Source of the DNA: a virus
Strand: one strand, 5' to 3'
IMG/VR virus record: IMGVR_UViG_3300031918_000005
Span: 32,001-96,000 of that record
Length of the DNA stretch: 64,000 nucleotides
Made by a program: the position numbers and the translations under genes. Below, piece after piece: positions 39,264 through 48,784 of the stretch (the first letter of the stretch is position 1; every line of letters starts with the position of its first letter). The notes beneath the pieces were generated by a model, which saw only the letters and a program-made list of their open reading frames with translations, made no database searches and was not told where the DNA came from.

Positions 39264-39617
39264 TTAATTATTACCTTCAATTGCACCAGTTTCTATCAAT
39301 CTTTTAAACGCATACATTGTCATTGTATTACCCGAAACACCATTACAATTTTTTTCAAGACCAGAATCATGATCGCTTATTCTGATTTTAATTGTTGTTT
39401 TACCATTATTAACAAACATATCTGCATAGGTTTTACCCTCGTTAAGTACATTAACAGTTAGCGTTATATATTGTGATAAACCATTTGTTAATGATGTTTG
39501 TATTTTTATGTTGGAAAACCCCATGTCATTAAATATCTTGGTTATTTCATTTTCATGATCAAAATCAGGGTTATATTCTTGCTTTTCAAAGTTTTCAAAT
39601 ATCTTTAGCTTCTTCAT
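39264..39617 (-). CDS. putative internal head protein (MKKLKIFE leader)
   Basis: shared leader; S.Y...KIRISDH. Confidence 0.6.
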   Translation of the reverse strand: MKKLKIFENFEKQEYNPDFDHENEITKIFNDMGFSNIKIQTSLTNGLSQYITLTVNVLNEGKTYADMFVNNGKTTIKIRISDHDSGLEKNCNGVSGNTMTMYAFKRLIETGAIEGNN

Positions 39618-39638
39618 AAGATATTATATTTTAATACA

Positions 39639-39674
39639 TTTGTGATATCCAAATCCACATTTGGATATCACAAA
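39639..39674. terminator. hairpin, probable terminator
   Basis: TTTGTGATATCCAAAT...ATTTGGATATCACAAA. Confidence 0.7.
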
Positions 39675-39690
39675 TCGGTATATGTTTTTA

Positions 39691-40068
39691 TTATATAACA
39701 AATCCAAGAGTTCTTAACGATGCAATAACAGATGTAAGTTTTTCAGAATCTGTCGTACCTTCTATTGTTGGTTTGTTTGCAGGTGTTATATTACCATCTT
39801 TATCAATAGACGCTTTAATTGATGTACCATCAGGAGAAACCACAAGAACATTTCCAGTTGCTCCAGTAAGTATAATATTATCAGCGATGATTGATTTGTT
39901 TGGTAATGTACCAGTAAGACCAGATAGATTTATGGTTTTCGTTGTCGTATTTAATACATTCAATACTGGATTTAGAGCGTTTTCAATATCCTCAAATGCT
40001 TGATTGATAATCGCAGGTATATCAGATACCTGATTTGTTGATAATAATCTTGTTAATTCTAGTGCCAT
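39691..40068 (-). CDS. small virion/fibre-like protein
   Basis: Thr/Gly-rich; late-type motif at 40075-40086. Confidence 0.5.
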   Translation of the reverse strand: MALELTRLLSTNQVSDIPAIINQAFEDIENALNPVLNVLNTTTKTINLSGLTGTLPNKSIIADNIILTGATGNVLVVSPDGTSIKASIDKDGNITPANKPTIEGTTDSEKLTSVIASLRTLGFVI

Positions 40069-40135
40069 AATATTTTTGATTATTTATTATTAAAATATTT
40101 AGAAATTCATTTCAAGAATAAAAGGTTTATTAAAA

Positions 40136-40729
40136 TCATTCTGTTTCTTCAGTAGCTGTTTCTGATTTCAAATCTTCAGGTTTTTGTTCAATAGGGAAAT
40201 ATTTTTTCTTTTCACCATCTTCAACAATCAAAAGTAAATTTTTATCTGATAGGTTTTTGGTGTAAAGTTTAATTTCTTGTTCTGTGAATTGATATTCAAC
40301 AAGTTCTTCAGCAGTTATTTCAGAGCAATTATTTTTATAATGTATGTTATAAAGCTGAACAAATGTACTAAATCTATATTTTTGAATACTTTCAATATAA
40401 GATTGTCTTACACCATTTGCATAAGATTTAACTTTTTCAATTGATTCTTCAAATGATGTTCCACTCATGTATTCTTTGTAAGCATATTCTGCATGGCATA
40501 TAATTTTGCCTTGATTATTTTTAAACAATGGTAAGCCATTGGTGATAATTCTACACCATTCTTTCGGTGAAAAAGATTTTTCAACTTCTTTTTCCTCTTT
40601 AGTACCAGCATTGATTTTTTCTTTCCAAGAGATTTTACAATGTTTTTTAGATTTCGAAGTCCAATTTTTCTTTTCTAAATTTTCTTTTCGGATATCCTCT
40701 CTTATTTCTCTATCTTGTGTTGATTCCAT
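40136..40729 (-). CDS. hypothetical protein
   Basis: 197-aa ORF. Confidence 0.65.
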   Translation of the reverse strand: MESTQDREIREDIRKENLEKKNWTSKSKKHCKISWKEKINAGTKEEKEVEKSFSPKEWCRIITNGLPLFKNNQGKIICHAEYAYKEYMSGTSFEESIEKVKSYANGVRQSYIESIQKYRFSTFVQLYNIHYKNNCSEITAEELVEYQFTEQEIKLYTKNLSDKNLLLIVEDGEKKKYFPIEQKPEDLKSETATEETE

Positions 40730-40961
40730 GTTTTATTTTTTTAATTAAACAACAATTTTTATATTTTTTTCCTGAATTGCAAGGACATTTATCATTCCTT
40801 AATGGTTCTTTTGGTTTTATAATTGGTTTGGGTATTTTATTTTCAGCTTTCGGAGCACATATAGGACAATACCATTTTTTAAATTTCTTCAAATATTTTA
40901 TAGCTGGAGCACCACATATACAACATGATTCATCACATTTCGGGTTTTGATTTTTCTTCAT
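40710..40961 (-). CDS. SEC-C motif Zn-binding protein
   Basis: RNDKCPCNSGKKYKNCC plus CxxC pairs. Confidence 0.75.
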   Translation of the reverse strand: MKKNQNPKCDESCCICGAPAIKYLKKFKKWYCPICAPKAENKIPKPIIKPKEPLRNDKCPCNSGKKYKNCCLIKKIKHGINTR

Positions 40962-41698
40962 TAAGAATTTAACGAATGTTTTAAGAATTCTGTTTTGTCA
41001 CCAAGAAAGAATGTATAATTTATTCTTGCAATCCAGTAATCTATTTTATTGATATTTTCAAATATTTTTTTTGTGTCAATGAAATTATTATATGGTTGTT
41101 GTTTTAATGTAAATGTTCTTAATTTATTTTCATATGGATTGAATATTTCACATACTGGAGCAGTACTGATTTCTTTTATTAGGTCTAATTTTTCTGAAGC
41201 AAGTTTTTTCCACATCTTATGCATGTCACAATGATTTATATTTTTCATCTTTATGCAATCAAGAAGAAGATTTTTCTCATCTATATCGATAAAATATTCA
41301 ACCATAGCATTGTTTTGGTTTTGCTTGGTTTTGTAAAATGAATCATTCATCATTTTACGAACACTTTCTATAGATAATAAATTCAAATACTGAACAACAT
41401 GAACATTTTTAACAATTATCGGCATCATGTCATGTACTTCTTCGAAAATGGTTGTTCCATCTTCTGTTATAATAAGTGTTTTATATTTTAGGATTAAAGA
41501 CACTGTTATTTCATTTATTCTATATTTCATTCCTTCAATCTGAACGAAATCTGAAAAAATAAAATGTTCTGCTTGTGGGTACTTTATACCTAATCTTTTA
41601 ATTATTATATCTTTGTTTGGAAACTCATAGTTTGCTACATACACTTCATTTTCTGTAAGTAGCTTATTAAGTTGGAAGATATCTTGGCACATAAGCAT
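40961..41698 (-). CDS. hypothetical protein
   Basis: 245-aa ORF; TAAATAATTAAA at 41704-41715. Confidence 0.65.
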   Translation of the reverse strand: MLMCQDIFQLNKLLTENEVYVANYEFPNKDIIIKRLGIKYPQAEHFIFSDFVQIEGMKYRINEITVSLILKYKTLIITEDGTTIFEEVHDMMPIIVKNVHVVQYLNLLSIESVRKMMNDSFYKTKQNQNNAMVEYFIDIDEKNLLLDCIKMKNINHCDMHKMWKKLASEKLDLIKEISTAPVCEIFNPYENKLRTFTLKQQPYNNFIDTKKIFENINKIDYWIARINYTFFLGDKTEFLKHSLNS

Positions 41699-41745
41699 TG
41701 TGTTTTAATTATTTATATATGAAATAATAATTAATGTGTCAATTC

Positions 41746-41913
41746 AAAAACGGAGTTGCCGACAATCCTGAAACTGTCGGCAACCGATGGCTAGTTACAT
41801 ATATAGCCTACCACCTTAAAGAACTTCCGAATTACTTTTTACTTTTCATAAGGAAGTAGTGTATAATAACTCTCGGCTTAAAGCCGATATTCGGGGAAGA
41901 GCATAGAACCATC
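41746..41913 (-). ncRNA. candidate multi-hairpin small RNA ending in a terminator
   Basis: several stems in an ORF-free ~300-bp gap; terminal GTTGCCGACA/TGTCGGCAAC hairpin followed by T tract. Confidence 0.45.
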
Positions 41914-42002
41914 TTAACAAATTCAATGATTATCATTACACTAAGCAGATTATTTTTATAAAAATAATCTCTACATTTTATTATTGGTTTGTTATTATGG
42001 TG

Positions 42003-42476
42003 TCAACTCAAATTATAAAGCTTCATTATTCTGTCTTCATACCATTTTCCAGCAGTAGGATTATGTAGTCTTATGGCTTTGTGAATATCCTTAGTTGGAT
42101 TTCTATGGCTTTGAAGTATATTAAACATTTCTATACATTTTTTTCTATCATATCTATCAGACAATTTATATCTTTCAGGGTTTTTGTACAATCGGTTTAT
42201 TCTGTTTACTTCTTTTATGTATATTGGTGTTATTTGCATACACCCAACACAACCACCATAATTGATAGCACTGTCGTTATTGGCTGATTCAACCATTATT
42301 ATTGATTCTATCAATTTCTTCCAATTTTTCTCGGAAGAAGTTGATTTTTCTGATGATTTAAAAATAAGCTTGGGTTTGATGATAATTTTATAAGATTCAT
42401 GATATTTCAAAAACACAAAAGGAACTGCTGTAATTATTATGCAAAAAACAATAAGTTTAATTTTTTCATTTTTCAT
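42003..42476 (-). CDS. SLT-family lytic transglycosylase with N-terminal membrane anchor
   Basis: IIMVES..N..A, GCMQIT, HNP. Confidence 0.8.
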   Translation of the reverse strand: MKNEKIKLIVFCIIITAVPFVFLKYHESYKIIIKPKLIFKSSEKSTSSEKNWKKLIESIIMVESANNDSAINYGGCVGCMQITPIYIKEVNRINRLYKNPERYKLSDRYDRKKCIEMFNILQSHRNPTKDIHKAIRLHNPTAGKWYEDRIMKLYNLS

Positions 42477-42498
42477 TTTAAAAATTTTAGTTAGACAT

Positions 42499-42536
42499 AT
42501 CTTGTGGGCTGTGTTGACTTACACAGCCCACAAGAT
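42499..42536. terminator. hairpin, probable terminator
   Basis: ATCTTGTGGGCTGTG...CACAGCCCACAAGAT. Confidence 0.75.
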
Positions 42537-42556
42537 TTAATAATCTCTTTTTTGAC

Positions 42557-43732
42557 TTATTTTAGACCAGTCGATAATTTTCCTTTTATTGCTTCTTGAG
42601 GATTATAGCCTTCAAGAGCGAATGAATCTACTTCTATATTATTTATAAATTCCGATATAGTCATATTTTCATTTCTGAATTGTTCAATATCGTTGTGGAA
42701 CTTATCTTTGAATAGAAGTTTAGGTAATTTTGTTGGTGTACGTTTCAATTGCTCATCGGTTTGTTCATCGTGGTTTTCGTAAATGTGAACATCGCCAAAA
42801 GTATGAACAAGTTCACCCGAAATCATATTACACATTTGAGCTACGATTTCAATCAGCAACGAATAACTGGTTAAATTGTACGGAACGCCCAAGAATGAAT
42901 CTGCAGAACGTTGATAAAGTTGGCAATCAAGATAATATTGAGGAGTTCTTTTACTCAAAGCTTCTTCAGTGATTGCCAAATTTTCCATTTCAATATCTCT
43001 GTTTTTCATCACCCATTGGACTTTTTCACCCATAGTTAATGGTCTGCAGTTAAACTGGAACATGGCATGACACCAATAAAGTGCTAAATTTGTGTCATGT
43101 GCAGGGTCAATTGCTGTAACAATATGTCTTCTAGATTCAGGATTTTTAATTAGACCTTCTATAAGATTTTTTATTTGGTCAATATTATTAAAATATATAG
43201 CATTACCATTGTTACCAATAAAATTTTCCCAATCACGCCATACTTTACCATATTGGTGACCACAATCACCAAGTATATAATTTTTGTATTTCGGCAAATC
43301 TTCTTTTGGTGTTTTTTTCATCATATCACAAAATTCCTCAAATTGGAGCATTGAATATCCATCAGCTTCAAAAATGGGGTGAGCGTTCCTTACTCCCATT
43401 TTTGATGATATAGGAAGTAAAATGGAGTTCACTTCTTCGTTGTTTACACAAGCTATTTTACAATAATAATTGTATGCATCTTCATTCCATATATTCAAAC
43501 CGTTTTCGATAAGATATTTGATATTTGTATCACCTCTCAAGAACCACAAAAGTTCAATAACAATGTTTTTGAAAGAAACTTTCTTTGTTGTTAAAATTGG
43601 GAATCCATCGGCTAAATTGTGTCGGAATTGATAACCAAACAAACTGGTAGACGATGGCATATTAGCTCTTGCAGCTGGTTTGTAACATCCATAATTTTTA
43701 ATTCTCGTAAGTAAATCCAAATATTGTTTCAT
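42557..43732 (-). CDS. thyA: thymidylate synthase
   Basis: FPILTTKK, ELLWFLRG, SRRH, WCH, YQRSAD, GVPYN, GDVHIYENH. Confidence 0.95.
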   Translation of the reverse strand: MKQYLDLLTRIKNYGCYKPAARANMPSSTSLFGYQFRHNLADGFPILTTKKVSFKNIVIELLWFLRGDTNIKYLIENGLNIWNEDAYNYYCKIACVNNEEVNSILLPISSKMGVRNAHPIFEADGYSMLQFEEFCDMMKKTPKEDLPKYKNYILGDCGHQYGKVWRDWENFIGNNGNAIYFNNIDQIKNLIEGLIKNPESRRHIVTAIDPAHDTNLALYWCHAMFQFNCRPLTMGEKVQWVMKNRDIEMENLAITEEALSKRTPQYYLDCQLYQRSADSFLGVPYNLTSYSLLIEIVAQMCNMISGELVHTFGDVHIYENHDEQTDEQLKRTPTKLPKLLFKDKFHNDIEQFRNENMTISEFINNIEVDSFALEGYNPQEAIKGKLSTGLK

Positions 43733-43748
43733 GTTGATGTGGAATTTA

Positions 43749-44657
43749 TTATAAAATTTTTTCGTTGATTAATATTATTTTTACTTTTTCAATAAGTTCT
43801 TCTATAGTACCATCATTATCAATAATATAATCAAACTTATCATAATCATCTAAATCAGTTTCAGATACATGTTCATTTGGTTTAATTAACCAATTTTTAT
43901 CAACATAAGATTTTAAAGGATATTCTCCTGTATCTTTATATACAACTTTATATAACTCTGATAAAGTAAATATACCATCACAATAACTATATAAATTTTT
44001 ATTACGATTAACTCTAATATTGATTCCACCTTTAGCTTTAACAGATTCTACTTCATTAAGAAATCTAACATCGGTAATAATCCAATTTGGAAAATTGTTA
44101 ACATAATATGTATCTTGACCTATTGGTCTTTGTATAGGATTATTTTTATATTTTGAAAAAAGCGATATAATCCATAAATTAGGATGTATTATGTTTCTAC
44201 CAGCTTCAGTACCAAGAAGTTGAAGTAATTTACGAGGTGTAAGAATTTCAGATTCTATATTAAGAACATTTATGATTTCATGTTTTTTGATATATTTTTC
44301 AACTTCTTGTTTAGTCGAAAAAATTCCTTCATTTAGTTGACAATTGCCTTCAAATAAATTGTGGTCATTATCAGGTATTAATTTCCAAATTGTCCAATCT
44401 TCACCAAGTTCAGTATTTTTAAAATCTTCATCTTCAAGTTGATCTCTTGTACAATTTATTAAAATACATATCATATATTTAAGAGCATCAGCAAATTTAT
44501 GTATTTCCCAACTAGAATGATTAATACGGTTTATATCATTTTTTATGAGTTGTACAAATTCTTCTTCTGAATGTATTTTAATAGTAAGTAAATATTGTAT
44601 AATAGTACCAACTAAATCTTTACCGCTTTGTTTTTTACCGCTTACACCTATTATCAT
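43749..44657 (-). CDS. deoxynucleoside monophosphate kinase (gp1-like)
   Basis: IIGVSGKKQSGKD, FADALK, TPRKLLQLLGTE, ITDVRFLNE, HVSE. Confidence 0.9.
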   Translation of the reverse strand: MIIGVSGKKQSGKDLVGTIIQYLLTIKIHSEEEFVQLIKNDINRINHSSWEIHKFADALKYMICILINCTRDQLEDEDFKNTELGEDWTIWKLIPDNDHNLFEGNCQLNEGIFSTKQEVEKYIKKHEIINVLNIESEILTPRKLLQLLGTEAGRNIIHPNLWIISLFSKYKNNPIQRPIGQDTYYVNNFPNWIITDVRFLNEVESVKAKGGINIRVNRNKNLYSYCDGIFTLSELYKVVYKDTGEYPLKSYVDKNWLIKPNEHVSETDLDDYDKFDYIIDNDGTIEELIEKVKIILINEKIL

Positions 44658-44662
44658 AATTT

Positions 44663-45157
44663 TTATTTTGTTATTATATATTCAGGGTTATTATATGCAT
44701 CACCAATTTTTGTAAGGCGTGAATCTATTGAGAAATCGCTTATACTTGCTTCTTCAAACAGCCAATCAAATTTTTTATCTTTAGTGATATCATCATTTTT
44801 AACAATGTGATAATATTTTGCAGGTATTAGATAAAATGCCGATAATTGTTTAATCCACATAACAACACCAAATGCTTCTACACCTTCACCAAAATTTTGT
44901 GTATAATCAATATATCTGATCACATCACCTTCAAAAACATCAGGTATTAGATTTGATATCAATATATCTGATATCATACCAGTATGTTGACCCAATGTTT
45001 CAGGAATAACTTCAATAACCTGAAAACCACCGATAGTTGTTTTTAATTGTGAATATATATAACATTTACCAAAACAATCTTCAACTAAATATCCATAAAT
45101 CCACTTTGATTTATATCTTCCATCTTTCGGTGCACCTCTGTAATATCTTCTATTCAT
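44663..45157 (-). CDS. YopX family protein
   Basis: WIYGYL, PETLGQHTG, VFEGDVI, IGDAYNNPE. Confidence 0.8.
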   Translation of the reverse strand: MNRRYYRGAPKDGRYKSKWIYGYLVEDCFGKCYIYSQLKTTIGGFQVIEVIPETLGQHTGMISDILISNLIPDVFEGDVIRYIDYTQNFGEGVEAFGVVMWIKQLSAFYLIPAKYYHIVKNDDITKDKKFDWLFEEASISDFSIDSRLTKIGDAYNNPEYIITK

Positions 45158-45158
45158 A

Positions 45159-45380
45159 TTAGTTCAAATTGATAAATCCTCTCGGAAAATATTGAATTTT
45201 ATTACCTATTTCGTTTGCTGTATAAGTTGTGGCGAATTTATCACCAAACCATTCAAAGGCTAATTCTCTCATCTTTGAATAAGATTCAGCTTTTATTACA
45301 CCAATACAGTTATTATCAAGAATGTTTCCATTGTGTTTATGCACATGGTCTTGTCCGAAAGTTATATAAAATTTTTCCAT
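45159..45380 (-). CDS. hypothetical protein
   Basis: coupled ORF. Confidence 0.65.
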   Translation of the reverse strand: MEKFYITFGQDHVHKHNGNILDNNCIGVIKAESYSKMRELAFEWFGDKFATTYTANEIGNKIQYFPRGFINLN

Positions 45381-47299
45381 TATATTTTAAGTTTTTGTTG
45401 AATCATCCTTACTGCTTTTTTATCATCTTGAGTGATTGGTCGTTTCCAAATGTTTTTAAACTTCCACCAATCTATAGATTCAGAAATTAATTCATCGATT
45501 TCTTTTTCAGTCATTTTTGGATATTTTTTCATTACCATACCCTTTAGCATCAATTTGAAATCAGATTCTTTTGTTTGTTCCTCAAGCAGATGTTTCTTAA
45601 GATTTCTTAAGACTGGAAGGATACCAAGATAATTTTTCCGCTCAAATCTTGAATTTAGATAATAATCAATATCTTCAATACACATCCTATCATAATTTAG
45701 ATATGTACTTTTTTGATAATCAATAGCCCAAGTAATTCTAACTTTTCTTTCATGAGAACCACTCCATGACCAAACTGATTCATCTGGCATGTACCGTATA
45801 ACTGGAACTGTTATATCTTCTTGCTTACCATCTTTATACATTGATGTTTTTATTTCATCAACAATATACAATCCATCTTGTGGGGGTGATGGGCAAGAAT
45901 ACCTACTTTTATAATACGGAACAAACCCCTCACTAATATGTCCATATCTTCTATAATTATAATTTTCGCTATCGTTAAAACTATTTCTACCATATGATGG
46001 CACTAAAACAATTCTACTACCACGGCCAACATTTTGATTAACTTCTTCTACCCATTTGCTATAACTTCTTTTACCATCCATAAGTGATGGTTCAGCATCG
46101 TATATTAAATTAAGACCACCGTTTTCTATATCAGTAACCTTAATACCAGCCATTATTGGAGCAAAAACTTCAGTTCTATCAAGAAGTCCTTGAATGAATA
46201 AGAACATCTTCATATATTTGTCGTTAAATGCTTCCATTTTTGCATCAATAACCTTTTCATTATGTTTTTCAAACGTGGAAAGATTTTCTGCATCCATCAA
46301 TTTTGCAAGTTCATCCTTTTTCGGATACATTGTTTCACCAACACCAATATTTGGGGAACAAATGCGATAAATATTGTCACCGTTTCTAATCATGAAATAA
46401 GTTTCATGATTCCATTGGTTCGCAATTGAATTTTCTGTAGGATTATCGGAATAATGTTTATCAATTCTTCTTGGTTTTAGAGCAACAATACCTCTTTTTT
46501 CAGGTAGTAATCTTTTATAATTATCGTTACTTATCAACCAGTTATCAAATTTATCAAGTTGTTTGAAATCAATACCACCATCATCACAATTACCAAGTTC
46601 TTCATCGGCATAAATTACAAGTTGTCTAAGTGATAATGGTTCATCTTTATCGGCTGGTTCGCCACTGGTGAGTTGGAAAAGTTCTTCTTCAATACCTAAA
46701 TAAAGTTCAATCAGTCCAATAACCTTCATGATTTTCTTCATTTCTTTTTGAAATATAGAAATTTGCTCTTCCATTTTACGCCTTACCAAATCAAGCTTTG
46801 ATTTTTGCTCGTTAATCATAAGTTGTGTCATGTTTCTCAATATCTCAAGATTTCGTGTTTTTAAATCGATATCGGAATGCATAACTTCGAGCATAGCTTT
46901 ATTAGTCTTGTACATAAGACCAAATTCATTTTCATTTTCATGAACTTCTATTTCAAAAGGTTTACCTTCATATAAATATTCTCTTGCTTTTCTCTTATAT
47001 TCCTCAAAGTCAGGAACATATTTGTGAGAATATGTTTTGATAAAAGCATTTATTTCTTCATGATCCCAATCATGCGATGACTGCTCCAATGTGTAAAAAT
47101 CAACACATCGTGTATGTACACAAATGTAATCACCTTTTTCATGCTGAACTTCTTCTATTTTGGATATTACAATCAATCTATCATTAGCACCTTCAATGAA
47201 TAAATCACCAACTTTAATATTTTCTTTAGTTGCTATAAGCTTTTTATATTCTTCGCTTTTAACAACTTCTTGTTCATTATTTTTTTGAATTGAACTCAT
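45380..47299 (-). CDS. large hypothetical coiled-coil protein under sigma54-like promoter
   Basis: 639-aa ORF; shared leader. Confidence 0.75.
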   Translation of the reverse strand: MSSIQKNNEQEVVKSEEYKKLIATKENIKVGDLFIEGANDRLIVISKIEEVQHEKGDYICVHTRCVDFYTLEQSSHDWDHEEINAFIKTYSHKYVPDFEEYKRKAREYLYEGKPFEIEVHENENEFGLMYKTNKAMLEVMHSDIDLKTRNLEILRNMTQLMINEQKSKLDLVRRKMEEQISIFQKEMKKIMKVIGLIELYLGIEEELFQLTSGEPADKDEPLSLRQLVIYADEELGNCDDGGIDFKQLDKFDNWLISNDNYKRLLPEKRGIVALKPRRIDKHYSDNPTENSIANQWNHETYFMIRNGDNIYRICSPNIGVGETMYPKKDELAKLMDAENLSTFEKHNEKVIDAKMEAFNDKYMKMFLFIQGLLDRTEVFAPIMAGIKVTDIENGGLNLIYDAEPSLMDGKRSYSKWVEEVNQNVGRGSRIVLVPSYGRNSFNDSENYNYRRYGHISEGFVPYYKSRYSCPSPPQDGLYIVDEIKTSMYKDGKQEDITVPVIRYMPDESVWSWSGSHERKVRITWAIDYQKSTYLNYDRMCIEDIDYYLNSRFERKNYLGILPVLRNLKKHLLEEQTKESDFKLMLKGMVMKKYPKMTEKEIDELISESIDWWKFKNIWKRPITQDDKKAVRMIQQKLKI

Positions 47300-47330
47300 A
47301 ATTTCTATTTTTAAATTATAATGAAGTTTT

Positions 47331-47348
47331 CACAAAAATCATGCCAAA
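47331..47348 (-). promoter_or_regulatory. sigma54-like promoter
   Basis: TTTGGCATGATTTTTGTG; TGTCATGTCA upstream. Confidence 0.6.
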
Positions 47349-47378
47349 CCTCATTATTATATATGTCATGTCAAAATG

Positions 47379-47666
47379 TTATGGAATAAATTCCCATTTA
47401 ACAACATCATCAAATTCAAAATGTTTTCTACCACCCTTTTTGAAAGAAGATGTTCTCCCATATTCAATCCAAGCAGTACCACACATTTGTGTATCCAAAT
47501 ACGCTCTATGTGTAGAACCATCTTGTAAAGTTACTTTACAAGGACATATTTCAGGTGGTAATTTCGGAAAGTCTTCTCTTTTGTTTGTTAATAACCAAAT
47601 GTTAATAACTTTATTGTGGAAACTCAAGTTATCATTTCTTAAGAAATTGTATATTCTTTCTAGCAT
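47379..47666 (-). CDS. hypothetical protein
   Basis: ORF in a minus-strand run. Confidence 0.55.
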   Translation of the reverse strand: MLERIYNFLRNDNLSFHNKVINIWLLTNKREDFPKLPPEICPCKVTLQDGSTHRAYLDTQMCGTAWIEYGRTSSFKKGGRKHFEFDDVVKWEFIP

Positions 47667-47670
47667 GATG

Positions 47671-48012
47671 TTATCTTTCTAACACACCCATTAATTTAAG
47701 TATATTATTACCAAATTCCTTAATAACTATACCAATAAGATCACAAGGTTTGTATTGATTATCATTTTCTTCAACAAATATCAACCATTCATAACCGTGT
47801 TGTTCTGAATAATCTTTGTTGATTTCTTTGATTGTTTGTATGCCAAATGGTGTCAAAATTTTATCACCAACTTTATACAAATATCGTTTACTTTGGTCTT
47901 CTATTTCTTCAAAAGTCAAATCTTCTATAGGTGTGTTTGGATTTTTACATATAATAACTCTTTGTTTATCTTCACTTACTGAAATGAAAAAATCTTTGCC
48001 GAATGTGTTCAT
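47671..48012 (-). CDS. hypothetical protein
   Basis: coupled ORF. Confidence 0.6.
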   Translation of the reverse strand: MNTFGKDFFISVSEDKQRVIICKNPNTPIEDLTFEEIEDQSKRYLYKVGDKILTPFGIQTIKEINKDYSEQHGYEWLIFVEENDNQYKPCDLIGIVIKEFGNNILKLMGVLER

Positions 48013-48389
48013 GGTTTTCTCTTGTTAAGTTGCTTAACTATAAATTCAGTAAATATATCTTGTACTTTCATTGCAGTTTCTTCATTCAAATTATAACCAC
48101 CAACACCAGTAAGTCTTCCCCAACCTCTTATAAGTAAAAACTTCTTATCGTTACAATAAACACATCCATTTTCATGTCTAAAAGTTAAATCTTGACTTTT
48201 AATTATTTTTTCACCATTAATTACTTCTAAGGCATTTTTTTGATTTTTATCCTTTTCTATAAGGAACTGAAAAACAAAATTTTCTTTAGAATCATATATT
48301 CTACCTGAAAACCAACCTTCTTCTGAAACATATCCATCTTTGAGTGGTAATTCATAAATATCTTTCCAGTCATTAATAACTTTTGTCAT
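48009..48389 (-). CDS. hypothetical protein
   Basis: probable start MTKVIN. Confidence 0.6.
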   Translation of the reverse strand: MTKVINDWKDIYELPLKDGYVSEEGWFSGRIYDSKENFVFQFLIEKDKNQKNALEVINGEKIIKSQDLTFRHENGCVYCNDKKFLLIRGWGRLTGVGGYNLNEETAMKVQDIFTEFIVKQLNKRKP

Positions 48390-48397
48390 AATTGGTG

Positions 48398-48682
48398 TTA
48401 TTTTATTGGTGTGTTTTCTGTTGGTTCTATAAAATCTTCTCCCATAATAGACCAATCACATATTGCTCTAACATATTCTTTCGAAAACTTGTGATAACGA
48501 TTGTGTGCATCACACGATCTTTGACAATCTTCTCTTGATTCAAATGGTGAATATAGAGGACTTTCAATATATCCACCATCAATAACATTAACACCATACC
48601 ATAAACCACCGATATTAACTGGATATTTAACACAATAGCTTTTATTTCTTTCCACTAAAGGATAATTATTTGGATTTTTCAT
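48398..48682 (-). CDS. hypothetical protein
   Basis: probable start MKNPNN after AAAAATAGAATT leader. Confidence 0.6.
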   Translation of the reverse strand: MKNPNNYPLVERNKSYCVKYPVNIGGLWYGVNVIDGGYIESPLYSPFESREDCQRSCDAHNRYHKFSKEYVRAICDWSIMGEDFIEPTENTPIK

Positions 48683-48715
48683 AATTCTATTTTTTGATTT
48701 TGATTTTTTTGTTGT

Positions 48716-48778
48716 TTTAATACCCACGACTATATCAGAATACAAGGAAAATATATCATCTGTAGTCGGGGAAGTATT
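48716..48778 (-). repeat. dispersed repeat, copy 5
   Basis: AATACTTCCCCGACTACAGATGATATATTTTCCTTGTATTCTGATATAGTCGTGGGTATTAAA. Confidence 0.75.
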
Positions 48779-48784
48779 TCTTAA

